Source: Actinomycetota bacterium | Lineage (GTDB): Bacteria; Actinomycetota; AC-67 | Assembly (NCBI GenBank): GCA_049273905.1 | Contig: JBASRP010000458.1 | Coordinates: 1 to 31,508, forward strand | Direction: 5' to 3' | DNA length: 31,508 nucleotides | Shown: one piece after another, positions 18,443 through 27,271 of the stretch | Position numbering within the stretch: position 1 is the first letter of the stretch | Layout of the letters: the number at the start of each line of letters is the position of its first letter | Program-made: the position numbers and the translations under genes | Notes under the pieces: model-generated | Told to the model about the DNA's origin: nothing | The model's input: the letters and a program-made list of their open reading frames with translations, nothing else | Databases searched by the model: none

Positions 18443-19483
18443 TTGGCTGTTCTCAGAAAGGCAGACGTAAGTAGCCAGATCGCAACGGTCTGGAGCTCCG
18501 ACCTTTTCGCCCAGGCCGAGAGCATGACGTGGTGGAGCGCATGGGAAGGGCCGCCCGGCTCGACCATGCCAGTCATCCGCAAGGATGATCTCATGAAGGG
18601 CGCGGGCGACACGGTGAAAATCGACATCGTGTTGGCCCTGACTGGCACTGGGCTCACGGGCGATGTCGTTGCCACCGAAGGTAACGAGGAGAAGTTGAAG
18701 CTCAGGCAGATGTCCGTGCCCGTCGACAAGGTGAGTCACGCCGTCCGCTGGACCGAGCTTTCGCAGGTACTCATCACCCACGACCTGCGCGTCACGGCGC
18801 AGAACCAGCTCGCCAAGTGGCTCGCTGGCAAGCTCGACACCGACATCTTCAACGAAATGAGCGGCAACGGGACATCGGTCATCCCGACCCTCAACAAGTG
18901 GTTCTCGGGGACCGCCACCACCCGCAACACGATCGCAGACAGCAACGCCGGTGGCCGGCTGACGCTCGCCACCATGACCGAGCTCAAGGCGTACGCGCAG
19001 ACTGAGCTCAAGATCGAACCCCTGCGGCTGGAGAACGGTGAGGAGATGTTCGGCCTCATCGCCCACCCCTACGCCATCATGCAGCTCAAGCGTGACGACA
19101 CGTCGTGGGCGCAGGCCCAGCGTGACGCGCGGGAGCGCGGCCTGACCAACCCGTTGTTCACCGGTGCGGTGGGCATGTGGGACGGCATCGCCATCTACTC
19201 GTCCCAGCGCGTGCCGCGCAGCCTCAACGTCGGTACACCGATCCAGGTGGCCGACAACATCTTCTTCGGGGCGCAGGCAGTCAGCAGGGCGTATGCGCAG
19301 TACCCGACGTGGGTGGAGGAGTTCTTCTCCTACGGCGAGGAAATCGGCATCGCCACCCGCGTCGTCAAGGGCGAGCGGGTCAATATCTTCGACCTCACCG
19401 CAGCCGGTGGGGCCGCAGACGCCGACAAGACAGCTATCGGCCTCGTCGTGGTGTACTCCGCGGCAGTGGCCCCGGCCGCATAA
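18443..19483 (+). CDS. major capsid protein (N4-gp56/DUF4043-like, HK97 fold)
   Basis: GDTVKI...GDVVATEGNEEKL...HAVR, IAHPY..MQLKRD, NPLFTGAVGMWDGI motifs; TTG start with AGGTG SD. Confidence 0.9.
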   Translation: MAVLRKADVSSQIATVWSSDLFAQAESMTWWSAWEGPPGSTMPVIRKDDLMKGAGDTVKIDIVLALTGTGLTGDVVATEGNEEKLKLRQMSVPVDKVSHAVRWTELSQVLITHDLRVTAQNQLAKWLAGKLDTDIFNEMSGNGTSVIPTLNKWFSGTATTRNTIADSNAGGRLTLATMTELKAYAQTELKIEPLRLENGEEMFGLIAHPYAIMQLKRDDTSWAQAQRDARERGLTNPLFTGAVGMWDGIAIYSSQRVPRSLNVGTPIQVADNIFFGAQAVSRAYAQYPTWVEEFFSYGEEIGIATRVVKGERVNIFDLTAAGGAADADKTAIGLVVVYSAAVAPAA

Positions 19484-19501
19484 GAGGGGAGGGATAGCCA
19501 G

Positions 19502-19936
19502 ATGGCAACGACAGCGACAGCCAGAGCAGCAGCGGGTATCCAGCCCCGTGAGGAGCACGGGCCGCTGGTCATCCAGCAGTCCATCACGCACACCGTCAGT
19601 GCCAACCCGGCAGCCGACGACCGGCTGCAGTTGTTCAAGGTTCCTCGGGGCGCACGGATCCTCGAGGTGCTCCTTGTCACGACCGACATGGACACCGGCG
19701 GCAGCCCGACGCTCACCGCAGAGGTGGGCGACGGTGGGGATACCGACCGCTTTATTTCGTCCAAGGCCATCGGCGCCGCCGGTGCCGCCGTCATCCAGCG
19801 CCTCGACAACCCAGTCGGGCTCAACTACCAGTACACCGCCGAGGACACCATCGACGTCACGTTCCCGGCCACCGCGGCCACGTTCGCAGCGGGTACGATC
19901 ACGGCAGTCGTGATGTATTCCTTGGACACGATCTGA
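19502..19936 (+). CDS. putative capsid decoration/cement protein
   Basis: Beta-rich 144 aa (VPRGARILEV...EVGDGGDTDRF...TAEDTIDV) directly after the capsid gene. Confidence 0.7.
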   Translation: MATTATARAAAGIQPREEHGPLVIQQSITHTVSANPAADDRLQLFKVPRGARILEVLLVTTDMDTGGSPTLTAEVGDGGDTDRFISSKAIGAAGAAVIQRLDNPVGLNYQYTAEDTIDVTFPATAATFAAGTITAVVMYSLDTI

Positions 19937-19947
19937 GGAGGTGGTTG

Positions 19948-20247
19948 ATGACCTATCCGAAGACCAACCAGACCAAGAGCGGGTATCCGTTCACGGCGTC
20001 GTCCAAGCCGAAGCGGCCGGGGTCGGGTAGCGGATTCGAGGGCCTGCCGCAGGGGCAGTCCACGACCAACTATCCCCGCACCTCGTCGGCCAAGCCCGCG
20101 CGCAAGGGCGGGGGCGACGGCATGGGCGGTCTGCCCACGACCAGCGGGAAGGGACGGCTCGCCACCGGGTATATCCGTGCCGGAGGAGGAGGCGCTGGTC
20201 CCATGACCAACACCTCCGCAAGCCGGGTCAAGAAGATCGGAGGATGA
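19948..20247 (+). CDS. basic Gly/Ser/Thr-rich disordered protein with internal repeat
   Basis: SD GAGGAGGT; repeated YP.T.S.KP.R.G.G.G..GLP unit. Confidence 0.7.
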   Translation: MTYPKTNQTKSGYPFTASSKPKRPGSGSGFEGLPQGQSTTNYPRTSSAKPARKGGGDGMGGLPTTSGKGRLATGYIRAGGGGAGPMTNTSASRVKKIGG

Positions 20248-20250
20248 CTG

Positions 20251-20442
20251 GTGGCGACGAAGAAGGAGACTGAGGAGGAGAAGGCCGCCCGTGAGGCGGC
20301 GGAGGCGGCAGCGGCCGAGGAGGCGGAGGCCAACAGGCACCTGCCCGCATCACCGCTGCCGACCGTGAACACTCCCCGTCCCGTGGTGGACGGTGTGGTG
20401 CAGTGGGAGGAATCGGAGTTGCATCCCGTATCCGAGCAGTAA
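20251..20442 (+). CDS. small acidic hypothetical protein
   Basis: SD GGAGG before GTG; Glu/Ala-rich helix. Confidence 0.65.
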   Translation: MATKKETEEEKAAREAAEAAAAEEAEANRHLPASPLPTVNTPRPVVDGVVQWEESELHPVSEQ

Positions 20443-20473
20443 GAGGGCTGTCTGGGGGGACAGCAGAGAAACC

Positions 20474-20503
20474 GGAGGGGGTCGGGGAAACTCGGCCCCC
20501 TCC
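20474..20503 (+). terminator. GC-rich hairpin with GAAA tetraloop, probable terminator of the capsid transcript
   Basis: GGAGGGGGTCGGG-GAAA-CTCGGCCCCCTCC 13-bp stem (2 G-U), no U tract; smaller hairpin GCTGTC/GACAGC just upstream. Confidence 0.6.
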
Positions 20504-20519
20504 CCCGTAGAATGGGGCC

Positions 20520-20666
20520 GTGGCGAGTGAACTCGGCTATTGGGTCATCTCGGGCGAGTCCCTGCTGGAGATGCTGCGCCGGGCGTTCTGGGGAGAGGAC
20601 CCCGATCTCATGTACGCCGAGGAATATGCCAACTGCTCACATGAGAATGTGGAAGGTGATGACTGA
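20520..20666 (+). CDS. small acidic hypothetical protein, probably leaderless
   Basis: Read manually: MASELGYWVISGESLLEMLRRAFWGEDPDLMYAEEYAN...; TAGAAT at 20508-20513, 6 nt before GTG. Confidence 0.6.
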   Translation: MASELGYWVISGESLLEMLRRAFWGEDPDLMYAEEYANCSHENVEGDD

Positions 20667-20827
20667 TGCCAGTTAAGGTCCGCAAGACCAAGGGCGGCAA
20701 GTACCGGGTCTCCACTCCATCGGGCACCAAGGCCAAGGGAACCACGAAGAAGAAGGCTGCAGCGCAAAAACGGCTCATCAATGCCGTGGAGCATGGGTGG
20801 AAGCCGACTCGGCGAAGGAAGAAGTAG
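20666..20827 (+). CDS. small highly basic phage protein
   Basis: MPVKVRKTKGGKYRVSTPSGTKAKGTTKKKAAAQKRLINAVEHGWKPTRRRKK; coupled at both ends. Confidence 0.75.
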   Translation: MPVKVRKTKGGKYRVSTPSGTKAKGTTKKKAAAQKRLINAVEHGWKPTRRRKK

Positions 20828-21742
20828 ATGGCGCGCACCCTCCAGCAGCTTGTCACCGCCACCCGTGAATCGCACCTGCTCGGCGGTCAGCGCCAAGTCG
20901 TCTCCCGCCTGACGGCCGCGATCACGACCACGACACAGGTGGCCATCACGCTGACCGGTACGGCGCCGGCGCCGAATTCGGTGTTGACCATCGACTCCGA
21001 GGACATCTACGTCATCAGCGCGTCGGGGGCCAGTACGGTCGACGTGGTGCGCGGGTGGAACGGGACCACGCCTGCGACGCACCTCATCAACGTGCTCGTC
21101 TATCACAACCAGAAGTTCCCGGACTGGAAGATCATCGATGAGATCAACAACGAGCTGGCCTCGCTCACGTCCCCCTCCAACGGGCTGTTCCGTCCGCGGA
21201 CGGTCTCGCTCACCGGGGTGAGCGGACGGGTGGGCTACGACCTCACCGGAGTGGGGACCGACTTCATCGACGTGCTGTCGGTGGACGTGCGGGATCTCGC
21301 CGGGACGATCACGTTCGCCTACCGGGGCAGCCGCTACTGGGACGTGAAGCGGAACATGCCCGTCGCGGACTTTCCCTCGGGCTTCGGGCTGTTCTTCCGC
21401 CGGGCCGTCCCTTCCGCCCACACGCTACTCGTCACCTACGCGGCGACGTACGGGCGGGTGGCTGTCGCCAACCTTGCCACCGACATCGGCACGACGACCG
21501 GGATCCAGGAGACCGCTGAGGACATTCTGCCGCTCGGTGCCGCCATCAACCTGCTCGCCGGGCGGGAGCCGAAGCGCAACTTCACCGAGGCCCGTCCCGA
21601 GTCTCGCCCGGCAGCCGATGTACCTCCCGGAGCCATCAACGCGTCGGCAAACGGGCTGCGGCTGCGGCGGCTGCAGCGGATCGGGGAGGAGCGGGCCCGA
21701 CTCCAAGGTGCGTATGAAAGTTACGTCCAAGTGCTGGTGTAA
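20828..21742 (+). CDS. putative head-tail adaptor / tail tubular protein A-like
   Basis: TLQQLVTATR N-helix, IIDEINNEL, ILPLGAAINLL; position after the capsid module. Confidence 0.65.
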   Translation: MARTLQQLVTATRESHLLGGQRQVVSRLTAAITTTTQVAITLTGTAPAPNSVLTIDSEDIYVISASGASTVDVVRGWNGTTPATHLINVLVYHNQKFPDWKIIDEINNELASLTSPSNGLFRPRTVSLTGVSGRVGYDLTGVGTDFIDVLSVDVRDLAGTITFAYRGSRYWDVKRNMPVADFPSGFGLFFRRAVPSAHTLLVTYAATYGRVAVANLATDIGTTTGIQETAEDILPLGAAINLLAGREPKRNFTEARPESRPAADVPPGAINASANGLRLRRLQRIGEERARLQGAYESYVQVLV

Positions 21743-21771
21743 TTCTTCGCTATGCCACCTAGCATGGAAGC

Positions 21772-22344
21772 ATGCGGGTACCATGGCAGGAACCTAACCG
21801 CGTCGTCGACGAAATCAGGCAATGTCTCTGGTGTAATGGGCTGTTTCGTGCGGAACGTAGTTATCGGAAGTTTTGCACAAGACAATGCCAGCTAGCGAGC
21901 ATCCATGATGGACGACGAAAGCAGTCATTGGTAGGTTGTGAAGTGTGCGGATTGAAGTTTTTTCCTCATGCATCATCACGTGGCCGATTTTGTTCCGTGG
22001 CTTGTCGTGGCAAAGGGATGTCTAATGAAGGTCATCCTCTGTGGATTGATGGTAGATCCAAGAAGCACTCGACCTACAAGGTTGTCAAGATCCCCATCGG
22101 TCATCCTCGATACGGCCGCAGTCTTTACTATCCTGAGCACCGCCTTGTGATGGAGACTGCTTTAGGGCGCGTTCTAGAAAGATGGGAAACAGTCCATCAC
22201 AAAAATGGAATACGGCACGACAACCAGCTTGAAAACCTAGAACTACGGATAGGGGCTCATGGGGCAGGTGCCTCCACGCCGCATTGCCGAACCTGCCAGT
22301 GCTTTAGAGGAACAGGTCAAGACCATCCTGCTCCCGTAGACTGA
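21772..22344 (+). CDS. free-standing HNH endonuclease with N-terminal Zn-finger repeats
   Basis: EHRLVME..LGR.L...ETVHHKNGIRHDNQLENLEL; two CxxC...FCxxxC units; visibly lower GC than flanks; TAGCAT 6 nt before ATG. Confidence 0.9.
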   Translation: MRVPWQEPNRVVDEIRQCLWCNGLFRAERSYRKFCTRQCQLASIHDGRRKQSLVGCEVCGLKFFPHASSRGRFCSVACRGKGMSNEGHPLWIDGRSKKHSTYKVVKIPIGHPRYGRSLYYPEHRLVMETALGRVLERWETVHHKNGIRHDNQLENLELRIGAHGAGASTPHCRTCQCFRGTGQDHPAPVD

Positions 22345-22348
22345 CACC

Positions 22349-24217
22349 ATGGTTCTCGCCGCAGCCTCCAATCTCGTTCCGACCAAGGGCTTCGCCGCAC
22401 TGACCAACAACGCGGGGACCGACACCCGCGCCTACCCGGTGCTCGGGCTGCAGCGGGCCACTCTGCCCATCCAGCGGCAGGGCGTCGACACGACGCAGGA
22501 GCCGGGTGAGGCAACCCTGTCACCGCTCGACCTGTGGCGCAGGACACAAGACGACTGGGGTATGGGGGCGGGGCAGAGCTGGTTCGATCGCAACGAGAAG
22601 GGGGACCGCGCCGGGGACGAGCCCTCCCGCTCGAGGTTCGTCAACTCGATCAATGTCGATCCGTGGGAGATCGGAGAGATATCCTCCGCAGCCGAGCTCG
22701 TGTCGGCGAGTGCCATCCCGGGGGTGGGGGCCAAGCTGATCGTGGCAGGGGCCCGGCTCTACCTCATGAGCGGGCAAACGCTCCGGTACACCACCGATCT
22801 CACCACATGGGTGACGGTGACGACGCCGGCCACCACGATCACCGACATCGCCACGGACGGCTACACGGTCTGGATCGCTTACGGGACGGCTGCGATCATC
22901 CGGACCACCAACGTCACCATCTCAACCTCGGCGGCATGGGGGGCGGCGCACCAGGCCGACAAGCTGGGGTTCGTGAAGAACCGGCTGATCGGCACACTCG
23001 GCACGTCGATCTTCAACTTCACGTCGTCCACCGTGTCAATCAACCTCACGCCGAGCTTCGTCGCCACCCCCGGCAACCTGACATGGGATGCCATCGGGGA
23101 GGGGTTCACGCACATCATGGTGGCGGGTAACACGGGGGACAAGAGCGTCATCTACGGGTTCACGATCACGCCTGAGGGCACCGACCTCGCCGCAGGGCGC
23201 GTGATCGGGCGCCTGCCGGACGGGGAGAACATCAAGTCGCTCGGGTTCTATCTCGGGTTCGTCCTCATCGGCACGACCAAGGGTGTGCGCGTGGCGTTCG
23301 GAGGTCAGGGCGAGGTGCAACCGGGCCCGCTCATCCCCACCCCCGCATCCGTGCTGTGCTTCGAGCCGCAGGCGCAGTTCGTGTGGTTCGGGCTGGCGGC
23401 ATACGACCCCTATGACCGGGGGCTTACGTTCTACTCTGGTCTCGGTCGGCTCAATCTCGCAGACTTCGTGGCATCGCTCAAGCCCGCGTGGGCCCCCGAC
23501 GTGATGAACACGACGAGTGCCAACCAGGTCAACTCGGTGGTCACGTTCCTCAACCGGCAGGTGTTCGTCGTCGACGACGCCCTCGTGTTCAGCACCCATC
23601 CCACCACCAAGGCCGCTCAGGGCGAGTTCCGTACGGGACGCATCACCTACGGGGTGCCCAACCGCAAGTTCTTCCGGTATGTGGAGGTGACGACGGCCGA
23701 CATCGGAACGGGTGGGTCGATCGCGGTGGGCTCGGCGGTCGACGGGGCCGTGACCTACTTCACGTCGGGGACGATCACGACCAACGGGAGCTCGATCATC
23801 TCACTCAGCACGGCGGCGGGTGCCACGCCGGTCGGCGGTGACATCAGCCTCCGCTTCACATTCAACCGCAACACCGACCTCACCAGCCCGAAGCTCATCC
23901 GCTGGACGCTCAGGGCCTACCCCATCGTGACCGCCGGCGAGATGATCGAGCTGACTCTGGACCTGCGGGAGCGCATGATCGGGCAGACGCTCGACTCGGA
24001 ATACGCCATCGACGTCGGGGCCGAGTGGACGTTCCTCAAAGGGCTCCGGTCCAACGGCCTGCCCGTCACGCTGCAGCTCGGGACCGAGCGCGTGGAGGCG
24101 CTGGTGGACTCGGTGGAGATGGTGAGCGGGTCTCCGACCGATCCTGCGCTCGAGCTGACCTCCGATGGGCTGGCTGTGCAGGGTGGCGTGAAGATTGCCA
24201 TGCGGGTGTTTGAGTAG
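22349..24217 (+). CDS. putative tail nozzle / tail tubular protein B-like
   Basis: 622 aa beta-rich; WRRTQDDW..GAGQ..FD...SRF..S.NVDPW N-terminal motif; synteny. Confidence 0.7.
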   Translation: MVLAAASNLVPTKGFAALTNNAGTDTRAYPVLGLQRATLPIQRQGVDTTQEPGEATLSPLDLWRRTQDDWGMGAGQSWFDRNEKGDRAGDEPSRSRFVNSINVDPWEIGEISSAAELVSASAIPGVGAKLIVAGARLYLMSGQTLRYTTDLTTWVTVTTPATTITDIATDGYTVWIAYGTAAIIRTTNVTISTSAAWGAAHQADKLGFVKNRLIGTLGTSIFNFTSSTVSINLTPSFVATPGNLTWDAIGEGFTHIMVAGNTGDKSVIYGFTITPEGTDLAAGRVIGRLPDGENIKSLGFYLGFVLIGTTKGVRVAFGGQGEVQPGPLIPTPASVLCFEPQAQFVWFGLAAYDPYDRGLTFYSGLGRLNLADFVASLKPAWAPDVMNTTSANQVNSVVTFLNRQVFVVDDALVFSTHPTTKAAQGEFRTGRITYGVPNRKFFRYVEVTTADIGTGGSIAVGSAVDGAVTYFTSGTITTNGSSIISLSTAAGATPVGGDISLRFTFNRNTDLTSPKLIRWTLRAYPIVTAGEMIELTLDLRERMIGQTLDSEYAIDVGAEWTFLKGLRSNGLPVTLQLGTERVEALVDSVEMVSGSPTDPALELTSDGLAVQGGVKIAMRVFE

Positions 24218-25339
24218 GTGAGCACCAAGCCCCGCTTCCTCGACCTCAACTCGGTGCAGGACCGGTATGAACTGACCTCCGCGTACCTCCGGCGCGAGGG
24301 TGACACGGTGCTCGGGGCACTCAGGATCCAGGGCGGCAAGATCACCACCGCCGACCGGGGCGCCAGGGTGGAGCAGGACATCTACGGGCTCCGGGGCTAC
24401 AACGCCGCCGAGGCCATCGTGTTCGAGTTCGACACGGCCACCGGATCGCTCACTCTGGTGGGCACCATCTCGGCGGGGTCCACCATCACCGGGTCGGAGT
24501 TCCGTACGGCCGAGTCGCCCAACAAGCGCATCACGATCGGGGAGTCGCCCGACGACCGGATCAATTTCTACTCGGGTTTCGCCGACGAGACCGCCGCCGG
24601 GTTCGTTCGCGTTCAGGCCCTCGGGACCGCCGGCACCCAGCGGTTCGAGCTCGACCTGTTCAGTGGCCAGATCAGCTCGCAGGATGCGGCATCGGTGGTG
24701 CTGCTCTCCGAGACGAAGGACGGCGCGACCGAGACCGTCATCACCCTGTCGGCCGACACGATTCTTGGGCTGGCAACATCGACCAGTGTGGACACGACCC
24801 TGCAGCTGCTCGGGGACATCGCCCTGCAGGACGCGTTCAGCGACCCCCCCGTCGCCGCGAGCGGGTTCGTGCGGGTGTGGAACTCCGGGGGCCAGTCGCT
24901 CCGCAGCATCTCGAGCTCGGTCACCGCGCCGCTCGCCCCTCACCGCCAGCACACCGGGGTGCCGACCTCGGCACTGACGGCGACGACCACGCTCACGGAC
25001 ATTCCCGGCATGACGACGAGCTTCACCACCTACTCGCCTAACGCCACCTACAACGCTGTCGCCACGGCGCGCTTCAACCCGAACGCGGTCGCGATCAGCG
25101 AGACCTTGATCCTCTGGCTGCTGGTGGATGGGGGGATCGTTACCGCCTCACTGTTCACCAACCTCACGACGCTCAACTACAACTGGCCGCTCACGGTCAA
25201 CTGGACGGGGACGCTGGCGTCCCCGGGGACGCACACGATCAAGTGCCAGGCCTCCCGGTCGCCGGGTGGAGCCGGGACGGTGCTCGTGGGCGGGTCCGAC
25301 TCGGGCTATGGTGCCCTGAGCGTCAGCACGGTCGGATAG
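24218..25339 (+). CDS. putative tail fibre/spike protein
   Basis: Thr/Ser/Gly-rich beta protein; YLRREGDTVLGAL, ITGSEFRTA, GTHTIK motifs. Confidence 0.65.
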   Translation: MSTKPRFLDLNSVQDRYELTSAYLRREGDTVLGALRIQGGKITTADRGARVEQDIYGLRGYNAAEAIVFEFDTATGSLTLVGTISAGSTITGSEFRTAESPNKRITIGESPDDRINFYSGFADETAAGFVRVQALGTAGTQRFELDLFSGQISSQDAASVVLLSETKDGATETVITLSADTILGLATSTSVDTTLQLLGDIALQDAFSDPPVAASGFVRVWNSGGQSLRSISSSVTAPLAPHRQHTGVPTSALTATTTLTDIPGMTTSFTTYSPNATYNAVATARFNPNAVAISETLILWLLVDGGIVTASLFTNLTTLNYNWPLTVNWTGTLASPGTHTIKCQASRSPGGAGTVLVGGSDSGYGALSVSTVG

Positions 25340-25349
25340 GGGAAGGGCA

Positions 25350-25526
25350 ATGGTGCTTGTCGAACATGATGACGAGGGCAGATGGGTCACGCACAAAGCC
25401 GAGCGCGCACCACGTCAGCCCGAGCCGATGCCCGAGCCGCAGCGGGTGATAGACCTCGACGCCATGTTCCGCAAGCTCGACGAAGGGAGGCAGGCGAATG
25501 CAGGTAGAGGCGAACCAGGTCTCTGA
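25350..25526 (+). CDS. small hypothetical protein
   Basis: Read manually: MVLVEHDDEGRWVTHKAERAP...; purine-rich SD. Confidence 0.45.
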   Translation: MVLVEHDDEGRWVTHKAERAPRQPEPMPEPQRVIDLDAMFRKLDEGRQANAGRGEPGL

Positions 25527-25734
25527 CGTCTTTGAATTCATGGGCAGGCGCATCGCCAAGCTGGCGCAGGAGTGCGCTGTGCTTGAGGCCAAGCTGGCGA
25601 GCGCGGAACGGGAGATGGCTGAGGTCCGCGAAATGGCCCGGCGCGTGACCGCCGAGGCCGAGCTGCAGCGGATGGCGACGGGGGGTTCGTTCGAGCCTCA
25701 GTCCCAGGCGACTGACTCCGCGGACTCAGGGTAG
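25498..25734 (+). CDS. small coiled-coil protein
   Basis: SD GGGAGG; RIAKLAQECAVLEAKL heptads. Confidence 0.65.
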   Translation: MQVEANQVSDVFEFMGRRIAKLAQECAVLEAKLASAEREMAEVREMARRVTAEAELQRMATGGSFEPQSQATDSADSG

Positions 25735-25928
25735 AAGGCCCCGCACCACGTACAGCTCAGTCCGTCGGTGAACGCGTCCGTCCGGCGCTCGGCAGGGAAA
25801 TGCTGCCGTCGGTCTATGGCCGGCCGCTCGTAACGACGGTCGACGTTCCCACCCGCCGAGAGCATCACGGTCTCAGTATCGAACCGACGGGTCGGCACCA
25901 GCGGCCGGCCGCACGTGCACAGGGGCAT
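25698..25928 (-). CDS. small Zn-binding protein (CxC...CxxC)
   Basis: MPLCTCGRPL...SCTWCGAFYP; TACGAT 6 nt before ATG 25928. Confidence 0.6.
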   Translation of the reverse strand: MPLCTCGRPLVPTRRFDTETVMLSAGGNVDRRYERPAIDRRQHFPAERRTDAFTDGLSCTWCGAFYPESAESVAWD

Positions 25929-25932
25929 GTGC

Positions 25933-26403
25933 TCATCGTATGCCGAGCCTCCGGCTGCACCCCGGAAATTGGGAAGGCCAAGCACTGAGAGGAATCTTGG
26001 CGACGGCTGCCTTCTGCGTGGCGTAATCGTGGACGGTCGGGTCGGAGCCGAGGCCCAGCGCGCGCGCTGTGGAGGGGAGAAACTGGAACGCGCCGAGATA
26101 GCCGTTGCCCGTGTTCTTGGCTGGGTCCATGCCGCTCTCGCAGTGGGCGAGACGATCGAGCAGATCACCGCCGGCGGTTGAGGTTACCGGCCGCTTAGCC
26201 TGTGTCGGCCGTTTGCGATTGAGGCGGGGCTTGGGTGGCTTTGGCGGTACCGTCACCTCCGAGGTCGCCACCACCACTCGTGGAGGTTCCACGTGCAACG
26301 GGGTCGGTAAATCGGCCACCGGCGCTTGGCCCGCGGGCTCGGGGGCTCCGGCGGCCAGCCCCATCAGCAGGGCCAGCGCCGCCGCGGGTCCGGCGAGTCG
26401 CAT
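25933..26403 (-). CDS. secreted Rpf-like (resuscitation-promoting factor) lytic transglycosylase
   Basis: LDRLAHCESG...NTGNGYLGAFQF..ST...Q...FPGC; signal peptide and Pro/basic linker; start 26403 or 26412. Confidence 0.85.
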   Translation of the reverse strand: MRLAGPAAALALLMGLAAGAPEPAGQAPVADLPTPLHVEPPRVVVATSEVTVPPKPPKPRLNRKRPTQAKRPVTSTAGGDLLDRLAHCESGMDPAKNTGNGYLGAFQFLPSTARALGLGSDPTVHDYATQKAAVAKIPLSAWPSQFPGCSRRLGIR

Positions 26404-26410
26404 TCGGCGC

Positions 26411-26461
26411 ACCCTATCGGATCACGGATCCGGGCTCAAGCCGTACCCGGATGTGCCGATA
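26411..26461. promoter_or_regulatory. overlapping divergent promoters: sigma-A-like (minus) and sigma-28-like (plus)
   Basis: Minus: TTGAGC-N17-TAGGGT, 7 nt before ATG 26403; plus: TCAAG(26436)-N14-GCCGATA(26455-26461). Confidence 0.55.
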
Positions 26462-26519
26462 GAGCGATTACATAGTTGTCATCCCTTCCTCAAGGGCCCT
26501 TCCTCGAAAGGAACGCATC

Positions 26520-27170
26520 ATGATCGAAGCACCCGAGCAGCACTACATCGCGCCGCAGTACTCCCCGCCCACACCCACACCCGGATGGTTCGCCCGGCAC
26601 AAGCTCCTCGTCGTCCTGGGGTCCGTCGTCGCCGGCGTCACCGTCGTCGTGGGCTCGATGTTCTTCGTCGGGTCAGCCATCATGGCCGCTGAGAGCGACG
26701 GATCTGATGTCATCGGCGACTCCATCGAGCGCACGATGGACGACACGCTGGACCAGCTCGCTCCGCCGACCCCGACGAGCCCCCCCATGTCGTCCGCCCT
26801 CGAAGCACCACCCCCAGCCGTCACGATTACGCCCAACCCGGACGCCGCCCTGCGGGCGTGGGCTGTGGCCAACTCCCCGACGGTCGACGCCATCATGGGC
26901 GACCTCGACGACCTCGAGCACGCCGCGGACCAGGAGAGCGTGAGCGGAGTCATCGACGCCTGTACCAGCTTCCGCCGGCATGTCATCCAGCTGCAGGCCC
27001 ATCCCGCCCCCAGCGGCGAGTTGAACGCCCAACTCTCGCAGGCCCTCCGGTATTACCGTTCCGGCGCCGAGGCGTGCATCGCGCTCGATCTCGATCGCTC
27101 CCTCGACTACTTCGAGCGGGCGGGCACCTACATGACGGCCGCCACCAACCTGATGGTGGAGTACAGCTAA
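26520..27170 (+). CDS. single-pass membrane protein with Pro-rich linker and extracellular helical domain
   Basis: WFARHK followed by a TM helix; two Cys in the C-terminal helical domain; SD GAAAGGA. Confidence 0.75.
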   Translation: MIEAPEQHYIAPQYSPPTPTPGWFARHKLLVVLGSVVAGVTVVVGSMFFVGSAIMAAESDGSDVIGDSIERTMDDTLDQLAPPTPTSPPMSSALEAPPPAVTITPNPDAALRAWAVANSPTVDAIMGDLDDLEHAADQESVSGVIDACTSFRRHVIQLQAHPAPSGELNAQLSQALRYYRSGAEACIALDLDRSLDYFERAGTYMTAATNLMVEYS

Positions 27171-27211
27171 TCTAGTACCGGTCACAAGATCCCTGAGAGG
27201 AAGGGGAGCGC

Positions 27212-27232
27212 GGGGGCCTTCGGGCCCCCTTT
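27212..27232 (+). terminator. intrinsic terminator
   Basis: GGGGGCC-TTCG-GGCCCCC followed by TTT. Confidence 0.7.
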
Positions 27233-27271
27233 GCGCGTTAAGGGTTTGTTGACGGGCGTCAGGATCGGGCG

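Noticed and set aside
21743..22348. Group I intron housing the HNH gene
   Set aside because: Only about 30 nt upstream and 4 nt downstream are non-coding, too little for a ribozyme core, and the flanking genes look complete
22343..22353. Further operator copies GACACCATGG at gene starts (also 3862-3872)
   Set aside because: Half the match comes from the ACC-ATG start context, so it cannot be told from chance
24218..25339. Diversity-generating retroelement target in the fibre gene
   Set aside because: No reverse transcriptase and no template/variable repeat pair seen in the window
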